From: Balanoglossus misakiensis
Taxonomy: Eukaryota; Animalia; Hemichordata
DNA length: 64,000 nucleotides
NCBI GenBank assembly: GCA_040954595.2
Contig: CM082598.2
Span: 7,951,097 to 8,015,096 of the forward strand
Reading direction: 5' to 3'
Every line of letters starts with the position of its first letter. Position 1 is the stretch's first letter. This document shows positions 1-12,653 of this stretch, one piece after another. The translations under genes and the position numbers were made by a program. The notes under the pieces are model-generated. The model did not search any database. It was not told the origin of the DNA and was given only the letters and a program-made list of their open reading frames with translations.

Positions 1-284
1 CACGCAGCCCCGCCAAGCAGAGCTAACAGTGCCCGTAGCACTCGACCGTAGCATCGGCAATAATGCACTGAAAATTGACATTGCAAATCGTAGAAATATA
101 TGTGTAGGAGCAGAGTCATGCACAGTTTTACAGTCAGATACGCTAATTTATTTATTTTATTATAAAAAAAAACTTCTAAAATATCCAAGAAAGTATAGCT
201 AAGTTTCATGATCACTGGACAAAACAAATCGCGCAGTCTACATTGTGTACACTGGGTGCCCCTGCACGATTCGTGGAAGTCGAG

Positions 285-625
285 CCACGTCACGGGAAAG
301 TGCATGGTTCACAAGAAAGTGCCACACTTTTTTATATAACTTGCTAAACTGTTCAAATTTTGCCCAGCGTTAGACTGATAACCTAACTCGCGATGTAAAA
401 ATTGTCGGGCAACCTTAAATTTTTCTTGAGATACAGATAGGTAAACTTGAAAAATGTCACAACAAGTCACGTTCACTGGAAAATGAAGGGTTCACGAGAA
501 AGTGCAACACTTTTATATAAAACGTCCGGAACACTTCAAATTTCACACAGCTTTAAACTGATAAATTACCTAACTTGCGGTGTGAAGATTATCATGCAAC
601 CTCCAATATTTTTGAGATACGGGCT
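285..625. repeat. Two diverged ~180-bp tandem subunits, probably internal repeats of a non-autonomous element truncated at the window start
   Basis: GGTTCACAAGAAAGTGCCACACTTTTTTATATAAC...ACCTAACTCGCG...TTGAGATAC (~306-432) recurs as GGTTCACGAGAAAGTGCAACACTTTTATATAAAAC...ACCTAACTTGCG...TTGAGATAC (~489-620). Confidence 0.5.
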
Positions 626-3600
626 GGTATACTTTCATTCTCGGTCGATCGTGGGAAACATGTCCACAGCCAAATCCCACCATGCTTAGTATGTCTGCCA
701 ATATGTCTGTTTGATTCTAGTTTTATCAATAGTGTTGTCATTTCAAGGTAAATATTCTGTAATCGGACAAAATCGCACGTGTTTTCGGATGATTAGCGCA
801 ACAACATAAATAACCTACCATTTTGAAAATAGTCACGTGACTTTTTCCTATAAACCCCCTCATAGTTGGGTAGTTGCGTTAGGGCTGCAGTTATGTAACA
901 TTGACACAGAGGAAATGAGGGTGATAAAATCAAAGCTCCTGGTGTGTCTTCTTTACTTGTCTTGTTACTATGCGCGTAACTGTTTTGGAGCGAAGTCAAG
1001 ATTGACATGGATAACTAGTATGCAAAAGAGTTGCAAAAATGGAGAGGTCAAATAAAGATAGATCATAGCTGCATATTGCCATGACGCACATTATAGTAAA
1101 GATGGACAGCCAGTAAAGATGTAGCCACGTTGGGCTGGTGCAGCTTGTGAGATGTCTTGCACGTCTTGCGATTTTCTAGGCATGTGTTCTCGAGATAATA
1201 TATCCTTCGAAAAACTTAGTTAAAGTAACTTGTGCTCAAGTGATAATGGCCACAAGATATTACATTTGAACTAACTGTGTCATTTTAATTTAAGATAGGG
1301 AATGACGCAGGGGTTACTTTTTCAAAAAATCCGGCTCATGAAATAGATTCTCTAAACTCACAACCAGTTTGACTCCCCTGTTTTCTGAATTTGTTCAAAC
1401 CAGCCACATTCACAGTGCCCATCACATTTGATCTTGTGATGTGACCAACATCTTTTCCAAGTTAAATATGGCAACAGACTACACTGATCTACAAATATCA
1501 GAGGTCGCTACTGCTAAGGGAGATTACAAGTTGGTCATAATATACATCAGGGTCACAAACACTTAGCTTATATAATAGTTCAATTGATTTAGTATAAATC
1601 TCAACATTGTCCAATGTTTTTGATACAGTTGACATTTTAATTTCCAGCTATTTCAATTATTCATATCAAGAGCCACTGCCTCTTTAATTGATATACATGT
1701 ACATTATTTCATATCTTTGCCAATCACACTTGGATGAATATACTGATTTACATGTCAAAATGTTGAAAATTCAATTTCACGAAATCAGAAGGGGTTATCT
1801 GTTGCTCCTTAGGAAATGTGTTGATGGTGTTATTTCTTCACACACTGGGCCCTTCGAACATTCAAAATGCTGACCGAGGAAACATTTGTCTTGTTAACAG
1901 AATAACAATTTACGCATTTCACATTATCGAATACAGTTGACCATGCAAGTTTCCATTTATTTATTTATTACAAAACAATGAGATAGAACACAATATACAT
2001 CTATATAAGTTAAAAACCTTTACAGCAAGTCAACCATACAACTGAAAAATAGAGCAAATTTATGGACGGGTTGCTGGTTTTCATTTCACCAAGGTATATT
2101 TTAGATTAACATATGTTTTTTAACAGCACATGCTCTCTGATATACTATAGAATCCTAATATTGAAAAAATAAGTATTTATTGAGATGAGATATTTCATGC
2201 TGCCAATGTGAGAACATTTGTAATTTTAATGAAAAGTTACAAAATACATCACAACGAGTATTTAATTGCCAAATTGCTCCATAGGTATATCCAATAGGTT
2301 TGTCACATCACAATATTTAGATTTCAGGCTGAACTATAGGTCTGTTCAAACTCATTAATTTCTTGCACATTTTATCATAATGATAATAAAGTTTAAGTGG
2401 CAATAAAGTTTAAGTTACAATCCACAATTAGACTTACAAAATGAACACAAAAGAAAATTGCCCATGAATTATCAGTTTAAACATGAATAAAAAATGTTGC
2501 TATTAAGGTTGTACGTTCAATAAAATTGAAAGTATTGTCATTTTCTTAATTGTGGATTTTTGGGTTCTCATTTGTATTTATAATGAAAATCTGTAATAAA
2601 ATAAAGGGGTCACCGTGCTTATTTATGAAATACAGAGCCATGAATATAGTCGATAATAGAAGAAAAAATGCTGACTCAACATTTTCCCCCAATGGTTTGT
2701 CTATGGGCCAAATTTTTACTGCAATTTATCTCGAAAAAGTGCGGTCACCCCTATATTTTATTTGACTATTAAATTTCCTGAAAATGACAATAGAAATTTG
2801 TTTTCTAGCAGTTATCAATGTAATCCTATGGGGAAAAGACAGGTGCGCGCAGTTTACCAGTTTATGTTCTCCACGTACATCCTTAAATGAACTTGTATGG
2901 AAGATGTGTTTGAATTCCATGAATTCACATTTTTGGATATAAGAATCCCAATGTCATAAACTACACCATTATTATCAAACTTTCAATAAACATTTCTGAA
3001 CGGTTTTAATTACTTTTCTGTTGGCAGATACATGTATACTCTAAAACGAATGTTAGAAACAGTAAGCATAGGTAGATAAATGATGTTCTAATGAGGTAAA
3101 TTAGCATAACTTTACTATATAAAACACAATACCTGATATGAAAATATATTTCTGTCAGTATACAGCTGCCTTCACTATTGAAAACCACTGCCTTCTTTCC
3201 ATATTGCTTGAGTATTAACATTTCATGACAGAGATGGCCACATTAAAACAGAAATGAAGTAATGAAACTCTGAAATTTACATATTGTTTGAAAGACTCAT
3301 AAACAGAGAGTTCAAATGAGGGGTAAATTCAGTATGTTCTAAAATAATTCAATACAAACAAAGTTGTCTTATTCATGACAGCTTTCCCTGACACAGGTTT
3401 ACACGTGGCCAATACAGGCACTGGTTAACACCTCTGTTTGGCCCTCTTCTATTCACCATACAAGTTTACCTTCACACTGAAACACTAGGGACTGACCAAT
3501 ATGTTAACATATTTTAGGAAAGAATGTGCTTAAAGCAAAGAAGGGCTGCTTTTACATGAAGAACATCCCAAACAAAAGGATCAGATCAGAGTGAATAATC

Positions 3601-3700
3601 CAACCGGGCCAGTTGTTGTGTAGGGATAAATGTGATATATGGTATGTGAGGTGCGTGAATTTTTGATAATTCACACATTTAGTTCTTTAAAACAAAATAA

Positions 3701-3930
3701 CATGATTGAAACTATTTTGGGATAATTGCATACCAATAAAATGCGTGCAATACTACAAAACTATTAGTCGTTGTTGTACTTAGACAGATTGTGGTATTTC
3801 TGTCATTGTTTGACCAAAACAAAGCAGAACAAAATGATAAATATGTCGAGTGTAGAGACTACATCTACTGAGCTAAGAGTTTGATGGAGTTTATTACCAT
3901 GCAATTATCCCAAAATAGTTCCAATCGTGT
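3701..3930. mobile_element. Small inverted-repeat element (MITE-like)
   Basis: CATGATTGAAACTATTTTGGGATAATTGCAT (3701-3731) is reverse-complementary to ATGCAATTATCCCAAAATAGTTCCAATCGTG (~3899-3929). No TSD resolved. Confidence 0.45.
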
Positions 3931-4746
3931 TCAATGTGGAAAACGTACATACAACAAGATTTCAAAAGGAAACATTACATTAACGGTGACTTGAAAGTAT
4001 AACCAATTTGTGTAAATGGAACAAACCTGTAGCGATGACAATAAGCTGTGGTTTAAGTATTTTATCAAAATAATTATCAGATTGTATAGATGGTCTTAGA
4101 ACAACTTTGTACATTGAGATATCTTAAACACAGAAAGTGGTGAAATGTTGTGACCTATTACTGATTATTCAAGCAAATATTGTCATTGCAATTAACCTTG
4201 TCCCTGCTGGATCAATGGATAAAGAGAACACTGAGTTGACATGAAATAAAGTCTGTCCACACACACGTCTGAGTAATGGTCCCATACATAAGAATTCACT
4301 GACAGATGGAATGTTATCTTTAAGACAGCTGGTTTTGATCCAAGGTTAAGAAAAGAAATCCCTATATGCCATTTCTGACAAGATCGATAGTACATGTACA
4401 TCAATTACATGTTGCAGATATAACATGTTGATATGCATAATTGAAGACAGAAAATATTAACACACCGCATACATTTTCAGCAAAAATATGTGTCACAAAG
4501 AACAAAAGGCAAGTATCATATTAATACACCAAAAACTGCATTATATTAACAAACTTGGCCTTAAATTTACAAATGAATGTTTTAATGGAAACATTCATGA
4601 TTATAGAGGACTTTAATAACATGAAATTCTTGAAAGTTTTAAAAACTCAAGTTACATATTTTAACTTTGATGCGCAGTACATAGTAGTACTTGGTCTAAA
4701 GACGGAAAATTGAGTCAAGATACTCGAATCCAATTATCCTGGGTCA

Positions 4747-7700
4747 TTTGATTATGTTACAAATGCAACCTCAAAGTGAATTTTCACACACGAAGATTGA
4801 TAGGACACATATTTGTTTATCAAATCATAGGATTGGTCTCTGCACAGAGGATACTGCATGAGCAGTGTTCCCATCATATAGCGAGTGCTTAACATGTCAT
4901 TTCATCCAGTTATCTGTGACCATGCTTTCTTTTGGGCGATGAACACAGTGCTATCTAGTAAACCGTGAAGGAGCGTCTAACTGGAAGGTATAATTGCCTA
5001 CATGTCACTTAAAACACAATTCCTACAATCTCTATAACTAAAGATGAAACATAAAATATTTCACTCTTTCGTCTATATTTGACATTGTTGGAACTATTTG
5101 TGGGATGCATCGGAATAAAATGTATATAAGTAGTATTCTTTGTACTTGGAAATAATGTCGCAATTCTGTCATTATACCTACATAAACGATGGGAAATGCA
5201 GTTACTGTCAGTGTAGTACATGTATTGTGGTATCACAGATACAATATGTTAACATAGAGTATTGTGATAATCTTTGGGTGACACCATCATGCGTGTGTCT
5301 CTACTGTTTACTTGCCAGCTCACAAAAGTGTGTTTCACAAACCCAAATTACACTCATGCCATATGCTATTGGCTGAAGGCGTCCAAATTGTCCGTCTTCA
5401 TCAGCTTTACCGAGAAAACGTTGGAATTCTCTGCGGTTTAGTGATGATTTCATTTTTTCTATCTCCTCCATGGACTTTTGTAGTGGCTCTATGGATATGC
5501 CATTCAATTCTGGATACTTGCTTCCAAAATCGCCCAAGAATTCTGACAGTAAGGTACCTGCTTTCCTGGCGATTGCTGAAACTGTTTATGCTGCTGCTGC
5601 AGCAGCAGTACCGGTTGGATCTGGAATAAACTTCAACAAACCACTGGCTTTCTCAATGAACTTCAGAATTCTACAGATATGTGGGCCATACTTCTTGAGA
5701 AAGCCATTCACATTTCTAACTTGATATCCTGGCCATGGGGAATCAATGAAATACAACTGTTGTGGGTTTTCACAAAGCAAGTGGACTGCATAACCACACA
5801 GTTCTAGAAATATCCCATGATTCATTCTGATTTGTACGCTCAGAGATTCCTCAGACAAACCGGGCATAGTTCACATGTGTACAGAGAATTGTAGACCACT
5901 AATACAAAATTTGAGATCGTACTTTTAAGGCAAATCTTATTGTCAATTACCATTTCAAATGATTTTTAAAAATATGCATTATTGAGAGAGGAGATACGAA
6001 TTTTATAAAATAATCAAGCAATTGCATAGTCAGCCATACAAAAAAGTTTGAAGTAAAACAGGGACACTTGAAACACCTGTTTAATCAAACAAAAGGATAT
6101 TGATTTTTTTCTATTGACAGAACAATGGAAATTTACATGTTAACTTTCAACAGACACTGGCCACCTCAGTTAGTCATTGCTTGTTTCCTCCAAAGTGTGA
6201 CATTTGCAGTACATGGATACTTTGATTATGTTACAAATGCAACCTCAAAGTGAATTTTCACACACGAAGATTGATAGGACACATATTTGTTTATCAAATC
6301 ATAGGATTGGTCTCTGCACAGAGGATACTGCATGAGCAGTGTTCCCATCATATAGCGAGTGCTTAACATGTCATTTCATCCAGTTATCTGTGACCATGCT
6401 TTCTTTTGGCCGATGAACACAGTGCTATCTAGTAAACCGTGAAGGAGCGTCTAACTGGAAGGTATAATTGCCTACATGTCACTTAAAACACAATTCCTAC
6501 AATCTCTATAACTAAAGATGAAACATAAAATATTTCACTCTTTCGTCTATATTTGACATTGTTGGAACTATTTGTGGGATGCATCGGAATAAAATGTATA
6601 TAAGTAGTATTCTTTGTACTTGGAAATAATGTCGCAATTCTGTCATTATACCTACATAAACGATGGGAAATGCAGTTACTGTCAGTGTAGTACATGTATT
6701 GTGGTATCACAGATACAATATGTTAACATAGAGTATTGTGATAATCTTTGGGTGACACCATCATGCGTGTGTCTCTACTGTTTACTTGCCAGCTCACAAA
6801 AGTGTGTTTCACAAACCCAAATTACACTCATGCCATATGCTATTGGCTGAAGGCGTCCAAATTGTCCGTCTTCATCAGCTTTACCGAGAAAACGTTGGAA
6901 TTCTCTGCGGTTTAGTGATGATTTCATTTTTTCTATCTCCTCCATGGACTTTTGTAGTGGCTCTATGGATATGCCATTCAATTCTGGATACTTGCTTCCA
7001 AAATCGCCCAAGAATTCTGACAGTAAGGTACCTGCTTTCCTGGCGATTGCTGAAACTGTTTATGCTGCTGCTGCAGCAGCAGTACCGGTTGGATCTGGAA
7101 TAAACTTCAACAAACCACTGGCTTTCTCAATGAACTTCAGAATTCTACAGATATGTGGGCCATACTTCTTGAGAAAGCCATTCACATTTCTAACTTGATA
7201 TCCTGGCCATGGGGAATCAATGAAATACAACTGTTGTGGGTTTTCACAAAGCAAGTGGACTGCATAACCACACAGTTCTAGAAATATCCCATGATTCATT
7301 CTGATTTGTACGCTCAGAGATTCCTCAGACAAACCGGGCATAGTTCACATGTGTACAGAGAATTGTAGACCACTAATACAAAATTTGAGATCGTACTTTT
7401 AAGGCAAATCTTATTGTCAATTACCATTTCAAATGATTTTTAAAAATATGCATTATTGAGAGAGGAGATACGAATTTTATAAAATAATCAAGCAATTGCA
7501 TAGTCAGCCATACAAAAAAGTTTGAAGTAAAACAGGGACACTTGAAACACCTGTTTAATCAAACAAAAGGATATTGATTTTTTTCTATTGACAGAACAAT
7601 GGAAATTTACATGTTAACTTTCAACAGACACTGGCCACCTCAGTTAGTCATTGCTTGTTTCCTCCAAAGTGTGACATTTGCAGTACATGGATACTTTGAT

Positions 7701-10212
7701 TATGTTACAAATGCAACCTCAAAGTGAATTTTCACACACGAAGATTGATAGGACACATATTTGTTTATCAAATCATAGGATTGGTCTCTGCACAGAGGAT
7801 ACTGCATGAGCAGTGTTCCCATCATATAGCGAGTGCTTAACATGTCATTTCATCCAGTTATCTGTGACCATGCTTTCTTTTGGCCGATGAACACAGTGCT
7901 ATCTAGTAAACCGTGAAGGAGCGTCTAACTGGAAGGTATAATTGCCTACATGTCACTTAAAACACAATTCCTACAATCTCTATAACTAAAGATGAAACAT
8001 AAAATATTTCACTCTTTCGTCTATATTTGACATTGTTGGAACTATTTGTGGGATGCATCGGAATAAAATGTATATAAGTAGTATTCTTTGTACTTGGAAA
8101 TAATGTCGCAATTCTGTCATTATACCTACATACACGATGGGAAATGCAGTTACTGTCAGTGTAGTACATGTATTGTGGTATCACAGATACAATATGTTAA
8201 CATAGAGTATTGTGATAATCTTTGGGTGACACCATCATGCGTGTGTCTCTACTGTTTACTTGCCAGCTCACAAAAGTGTGTTTCACAAACCCAAATTACA
8301 CTCATGCCATATGCTATTGGCTGAAGGCGTCCAAATTGTCCGTCTTCATCAGCTTTACCGAGAAAACGTTGGAATTCTCTGCGGTTTAGTGATGATTTCA
8401 TTTTTTCTATCTCCTCCATGGACTTTTGTAGTGGCTCTATGGATATGCCATTCAATTCTGGATACTTGCTTCCAAAATCGCCCAAGAATTCTGACAGTAA
8501 GGTACCTGCTTTCCTGGCGATTGCTGAAACTGTTTATGCTGCTGCTGCAGCAGCAGTACCGGTTGGATCTGGAATAAACTTCAACAAACCACTGGCTTTC
8601 TCAATGAACTTCAGAATTCTACAGATATGTGGGCCATACTTCTTGAGAAAGCCATTCACATTTCTAACTTGATATCCTGGCCATGGGGAATCAATGAAAT
8701 ACAACTGTTGTGGGTTTTCACAAAGCAAGTGGACTGCATAACCACACAGTTCTAGAAATATCCCATGATTCATTCTGATTTGTACGCTCAGAGATTCCTC
8801 AGACAAACCGGGCATAGTTCACATGTGTACAGAGAATTGTAGACCACTAATACAAAATTTGAGATCGTACTTTTAAGGCAAATCTTATTGTCAATTACCA
8901 TTTCAAATGATTTTTAAAAATATGCATTATTGAGAGAGGAGATACGAATTTTATAAAATAATCAAGCAATTGCATAGTCAGCCATACAAAAAAGTTTGAA
9001 GTAAAACAGGGACACTTGAAACACCTGTTTAATCAAACAAAAGGATATTGATTTTTTTCTATTGACAGAACAATGGAAATTTACATGTTAACTTTCAACA
9101 GACACTGGCCACCTCAGTTAGTCATTGCTTGTTTCCTCCAAAGTGTGACATTTGCAGTACATGGATACTTTGATTATGTTACAAATGCAACCTCAAAGTG
9201 AATTTTCACACACGAAGATTGATAGGACACATATTTGTTTATCAAATCATAGGATTGGTCTCTGCACAGAGGATACTGCATGAGCAGTGTTCCCATCATA
9301 TAGCGAGTGCTTAACATGTCATTTCATCCAGTTATCTGTGACCATGCTTTCTTTTGGCCGATGAACACAGTGCTATCTAGTAAACCGTGAAGGAGCGTCT
9401 AACTGGAAGGTATAATTGCCTACATGTCACTTAAAACACAATTCCTACAATCTCTATAACTAAAGATGAAACATAAAATATTTCACTCTTTCGTCTATAT
9501 TTGACATTGTTGGAACTATTTGTGGGATGCATCGGAATAAAATGTATATAAGTAGTATTCTTTGTACTTGGAAATAATGTCGCAATTCTGTCATTATACC
9601 TACATACACGATGGGAAATGCAGTTACTGTCAGTGTAGTACATGTATTGTGGTATCACAGATACAATATGTTAACATAGAGTATTGTGATAATCTTTGGG
9701 TGACACCATCATGCGTGTGTCTCTACTGTTTACTTGCCAGCTCACAAAAGTGTGTTTCACAAACCCAAATTACACTCATGCCATATGCTATTGGCTGAAG
9801 GCGTCCAAATTGTCCGTCTTCATCAGCTTTACCGAGAAAACGTTGGAATTCTCTGCGGTTTAGTGATGATTTCATTTTTTCTATCTCCTCCATGGACTTT
9901 TGTAGTGGCTCTATGGATATGCCATTCAATTCTGGATACTTGCTTCCAAAATCGCCCAAGAATTCTGACAGTAAGGTACCTGCTTTCCTGGCGATTGCTG
10001 AAACTGTTTATGCTGCTGCAGCAGCAGCAGTACCGGTTGGATCTGGAATAAACTTCAACAAACCACTGGCTTTCTCAATGAACTTCAGAATTCTACAGAT
10101 ATGTGGGCCATACTTCTTGAGAAAGCCATTCACATTTCTAACTCGATATCCTGGCCATGGGGAATCAATGAAATACAACTGTTGTGGGTTTTCACAAAGC
10201 AAGTGGACTGCA
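4747..10212. repeat. Near-identical tandem array, period 1474 bp, organised A(1044 bp)-B(430 bp)-A-B-A-B-A
   Basis: Unit start TTTGATTATGTTACAAATGC occurs at 4747, 6221, 7695 and 9169. The ORF track repeats with offset 1474. The last copy diverges after GTGGACTGCA at 10212. Only four substitutions were seen among copies by eye. Confidence 0.97.
5301..5796 (-). pseudogene. Amplified copy 1 of the Roco/COR-type terminal exon (copies 2 and 3 at 6775-7270 and 8249-8744)
   Basis: ORFs 5586-5867 and 5301-5537 are in the same frame, separated by one TAA (5586-5588). The arrangement is identical at +1474 and +2948. Confidence 0.6.
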
Positions 10213-10280
10213 AAACCATGCCATCAGAGAAGTGGGAAAACACGTACTGTGTTAGTTGACCCACAATTGATCACAGGTGG
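9723..10280 (-). pseudogene. Terminal exon of a Roco/COR-domain-type (LRR-ROC-COR-like) protein; pseudogenised; native-context copy
   Basis: Reads GFAVHLLCENPQQLYFIDSPWPGYRVRNVNGFLKKYGPHICRILKFI...AAAAAA*TVSAIARKAG...SLNRREFQRFLGKADEDGQFGRLQPIAYGMSVIWVCETH. The LxCE..GY..FLxKYGP and FL..D...FGxL....G...WxCxxH motifs resemble the tail that follows COR in Roco-like proteins. There is an in-frame TAA at 10008-10010 and a probable 5-nt insertion (CATGG) near 10216-10220. Confidence 0.65.
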
Positions 10281-10334
10281 CTGAAATATTTCTAGGTCGG
10301 AGAATTATAGTGAGGTCATCCGTTATCCCTAAGA

Positions 10335-11908
10335 ACGAGTACGAAGTGCGAGAAGGTTTGAAACGACTTTCGGACACAGTTCAATAAAACGCAACGAAAT
10401 AAAAAAATAGCGTCAAGGACACTGTGGTCCCATTTGAGGACATAGCACATAGCAACATAGCAATAAGCATATCTGCTCTGGATGCCAAGATATGGTAAAG
10501 TAGGTCAAAGGTCACCTGAGGTCATGCAAAATTTGGGCAAGAAATTTTGACCCTATACTGGTCCATGTTCAACAAAAACCAAACCTATAGCCTTATTGGT
10601 TAGCCTGGAATTAGGTATGCACATAATTAATGAGATATGCAGGTGTCACAGGTGACCCCCAATTTTGGCTTTTCAATTTTAGTCCCAACCCTCCAAACGC
10701 CAAGTCTGTACCTGCTCTGGATGCCGAGATATAGAAAAGTAGGTCAAAGGTCACCTGAGGTCACCCAAAATTTGGGCATGAAATTTTGACCCTATACTGG
10801 TCCATGTCCCACAAGAACGAAACCTCTAGCCCTATTAGTTAGCCCGGAATTAGGTATGCACATAATTAATGTGTTAAGCAGGTGTTACAGGTGAGCCCAA
10901 AAATTTTCCTTTTATTTTGGCCCCATTGTGCTCACTGACCAATAGACAGTCACTGTTGAACACCTATTGCCTGGCCATGAGGGCCATAGCGGCCGTTTAT
11001 TACACCCGAGGGGCTGTGAGTTACCAGAATCATATGCTATTTCCCGAGGCCGCAGGCCGAGGGAAATAGCATATTATTCTGGTAACTCACAGGCACGAGG
11101 GGGTAAAAACGGCTGCTATAGCCCGAATATAGGCCAGGCTATAGGTGTTTTATAATAAACCTCATGCTAACAGCTGGGAAAATCTTGCAATTTTCTCTTG
11201 AGGTTGGCAGACGACATCTTCCGCGGTGGCCATTGTGTCAGACGACGCGAGGCTGATTGACGTGACCGAGTCTGCGCACTCACGCTGGTCATGTGACCGG
11301 TTCATATTTTTTCTGCTATTTCCCTGTAGGGATCATAGTCGATTCTATTTTCCTATCACGTGATGGATTCTGGCGAATCACGGCACAGTATTAGCATGAG
11401 GTATATTATAAACAGGACTATTGCACAGACCAGAATTCCACAATAAGACGTGGACATAGCTTAACCATAGAGATATAAGTAAAGGTATAAATTTAATAAA
11501 AAGACTAAAAAATTCATAAAAAATAAAACATCTATGATATCAACTTAACACTTACAGGTCGGTGTGAGGTTGACATAAGGTACATGCATACCAATTTTCA
11601 CAGCAATCTGACCAGTGGTTGTCGAGTTTTTGAGTTTTGACCAATTTCACATTTTCCCAGCTAATTTACATATTTTGGGCAATGACGACTTCATTTGAGC
11701 AAACTCCCATCTACAGCCCTGCCTGCATCTACACACCAAATATTGAGGTGATACGCGCAGCGGTTTTCAAGTTTTTGATGTGGACGGACATACAGACATA
11801 CATCCATACATACATACATACATCCATCCATCCATACATACATACAGACGCAACCCATCCCATAAGGTCCCATGGTATATAGGCCTATACCAATGGGACC
11901 TAAAAAAA
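10335..11908 (+). mobile_element. Non-autonomous Helentron/HINE-like (pearl/Tsp-type) element with internal tandem subunits, microsatellite and 3' hairpin
   Basis: Two ~239-bp subunits start CTGCTCTGGATGCC at 10473 and 10712. An (ACAT/CCAT)n tract lies at ~11787-11845. The terminal hairpin AGGTCCCATGGTATATAGGCCTATACCAATGGGACCT (~11865-11901) is followed by an A run. Left boundary approximate. Confidence 0.6.
10959..11411. mobile_element. Bipartite palindromic element nested in the HINE-like element
   Basis: A long hairpin spans 10959-11149, centred on TTTCCCGAGGCCGCAGGCCGAGGGAAA. A second inverted repeat follows: TTATAATAAACCTCATGCTAA (~11150-11170) / TTAGCATGAGGTATATTATAA (11391-11411). Confidence 0.75.
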
Positions 11909-12512
11909 TCAAACTTGAGCGACCAAATACATACCCAGAACGATAAAATATTCTACTTTGCATTTAATCGCCACCTTCATTAGGTTCCTTATCAGCACTA
12001 GCGTGAGTATTTCCCCAAAACTAACAACTGGGACAAAATGTACAAATGCTACACAGATCGCCTCCATCTTGAACTACCATATCATCATACTGCGCATGCG
12101 TAAGCGTTTACGCATTCACGTTAATGGCGGCGATCTGTTATTTCATTGTGTCTAAAGAATTTAAAAACCATTATTTGCGGAAATTTCACAGTTAGTGCAA
12201 GAGGAACCGTGGTTAGTTGAAGAAACATACATTATAAGCTCATTAGAGTGACAGATAGTCACGTAGTTCCGAATTCCAACGCATGCACTCTCCTTTCGAC
12301 GTTCGCACTATGCTAACGTCTTATTTACTGTAAGATACGACGTGCAGATGTGAAATTACTTCATGAAAATCGATCTGGGTAAATATAGCCTAGATTTCAA
12401 AAATATCATTGTGAATGTGATGCACATTAAACGTCGGAAAAACGCGCGATCTTTCTCAATTTGGGGCACCTATGGAGGCATACTGGATCGGGAAATTGAC
12501 TCGAAATACTTA

Positions 12513-12653
12513 GAGAATAATGAACGCCCACAAGACCCATAATGGACGAAAGCACACATTGTGCGTCATAATATACAAGGCGAAGCCGAGTCTATTATGG
12601 AGCACAATGTGTGCTTGAGTCCATTATGGGTCTTTGGGGCGTTCATTATTCTC
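12513..12653. repeat. 141-bp imperfect palindrome (hairpin element)
   Basis: Arms GAGAATAATGAACGCCC...AAGCACACATTGTGC and GCACAATGTGTGCTT...GGGCGTTCATTATTCTC; centre GGCGAAGCC. Confidence 0.8.

Noticed and set aside
5009-5724. Plus-strand ORFs and the 75-aa minus ORF repeated in each array unit
   Set aside because: They recur only because the DNA is duplicated. Family motifs are confined to the minus-strand Roco-like frame.
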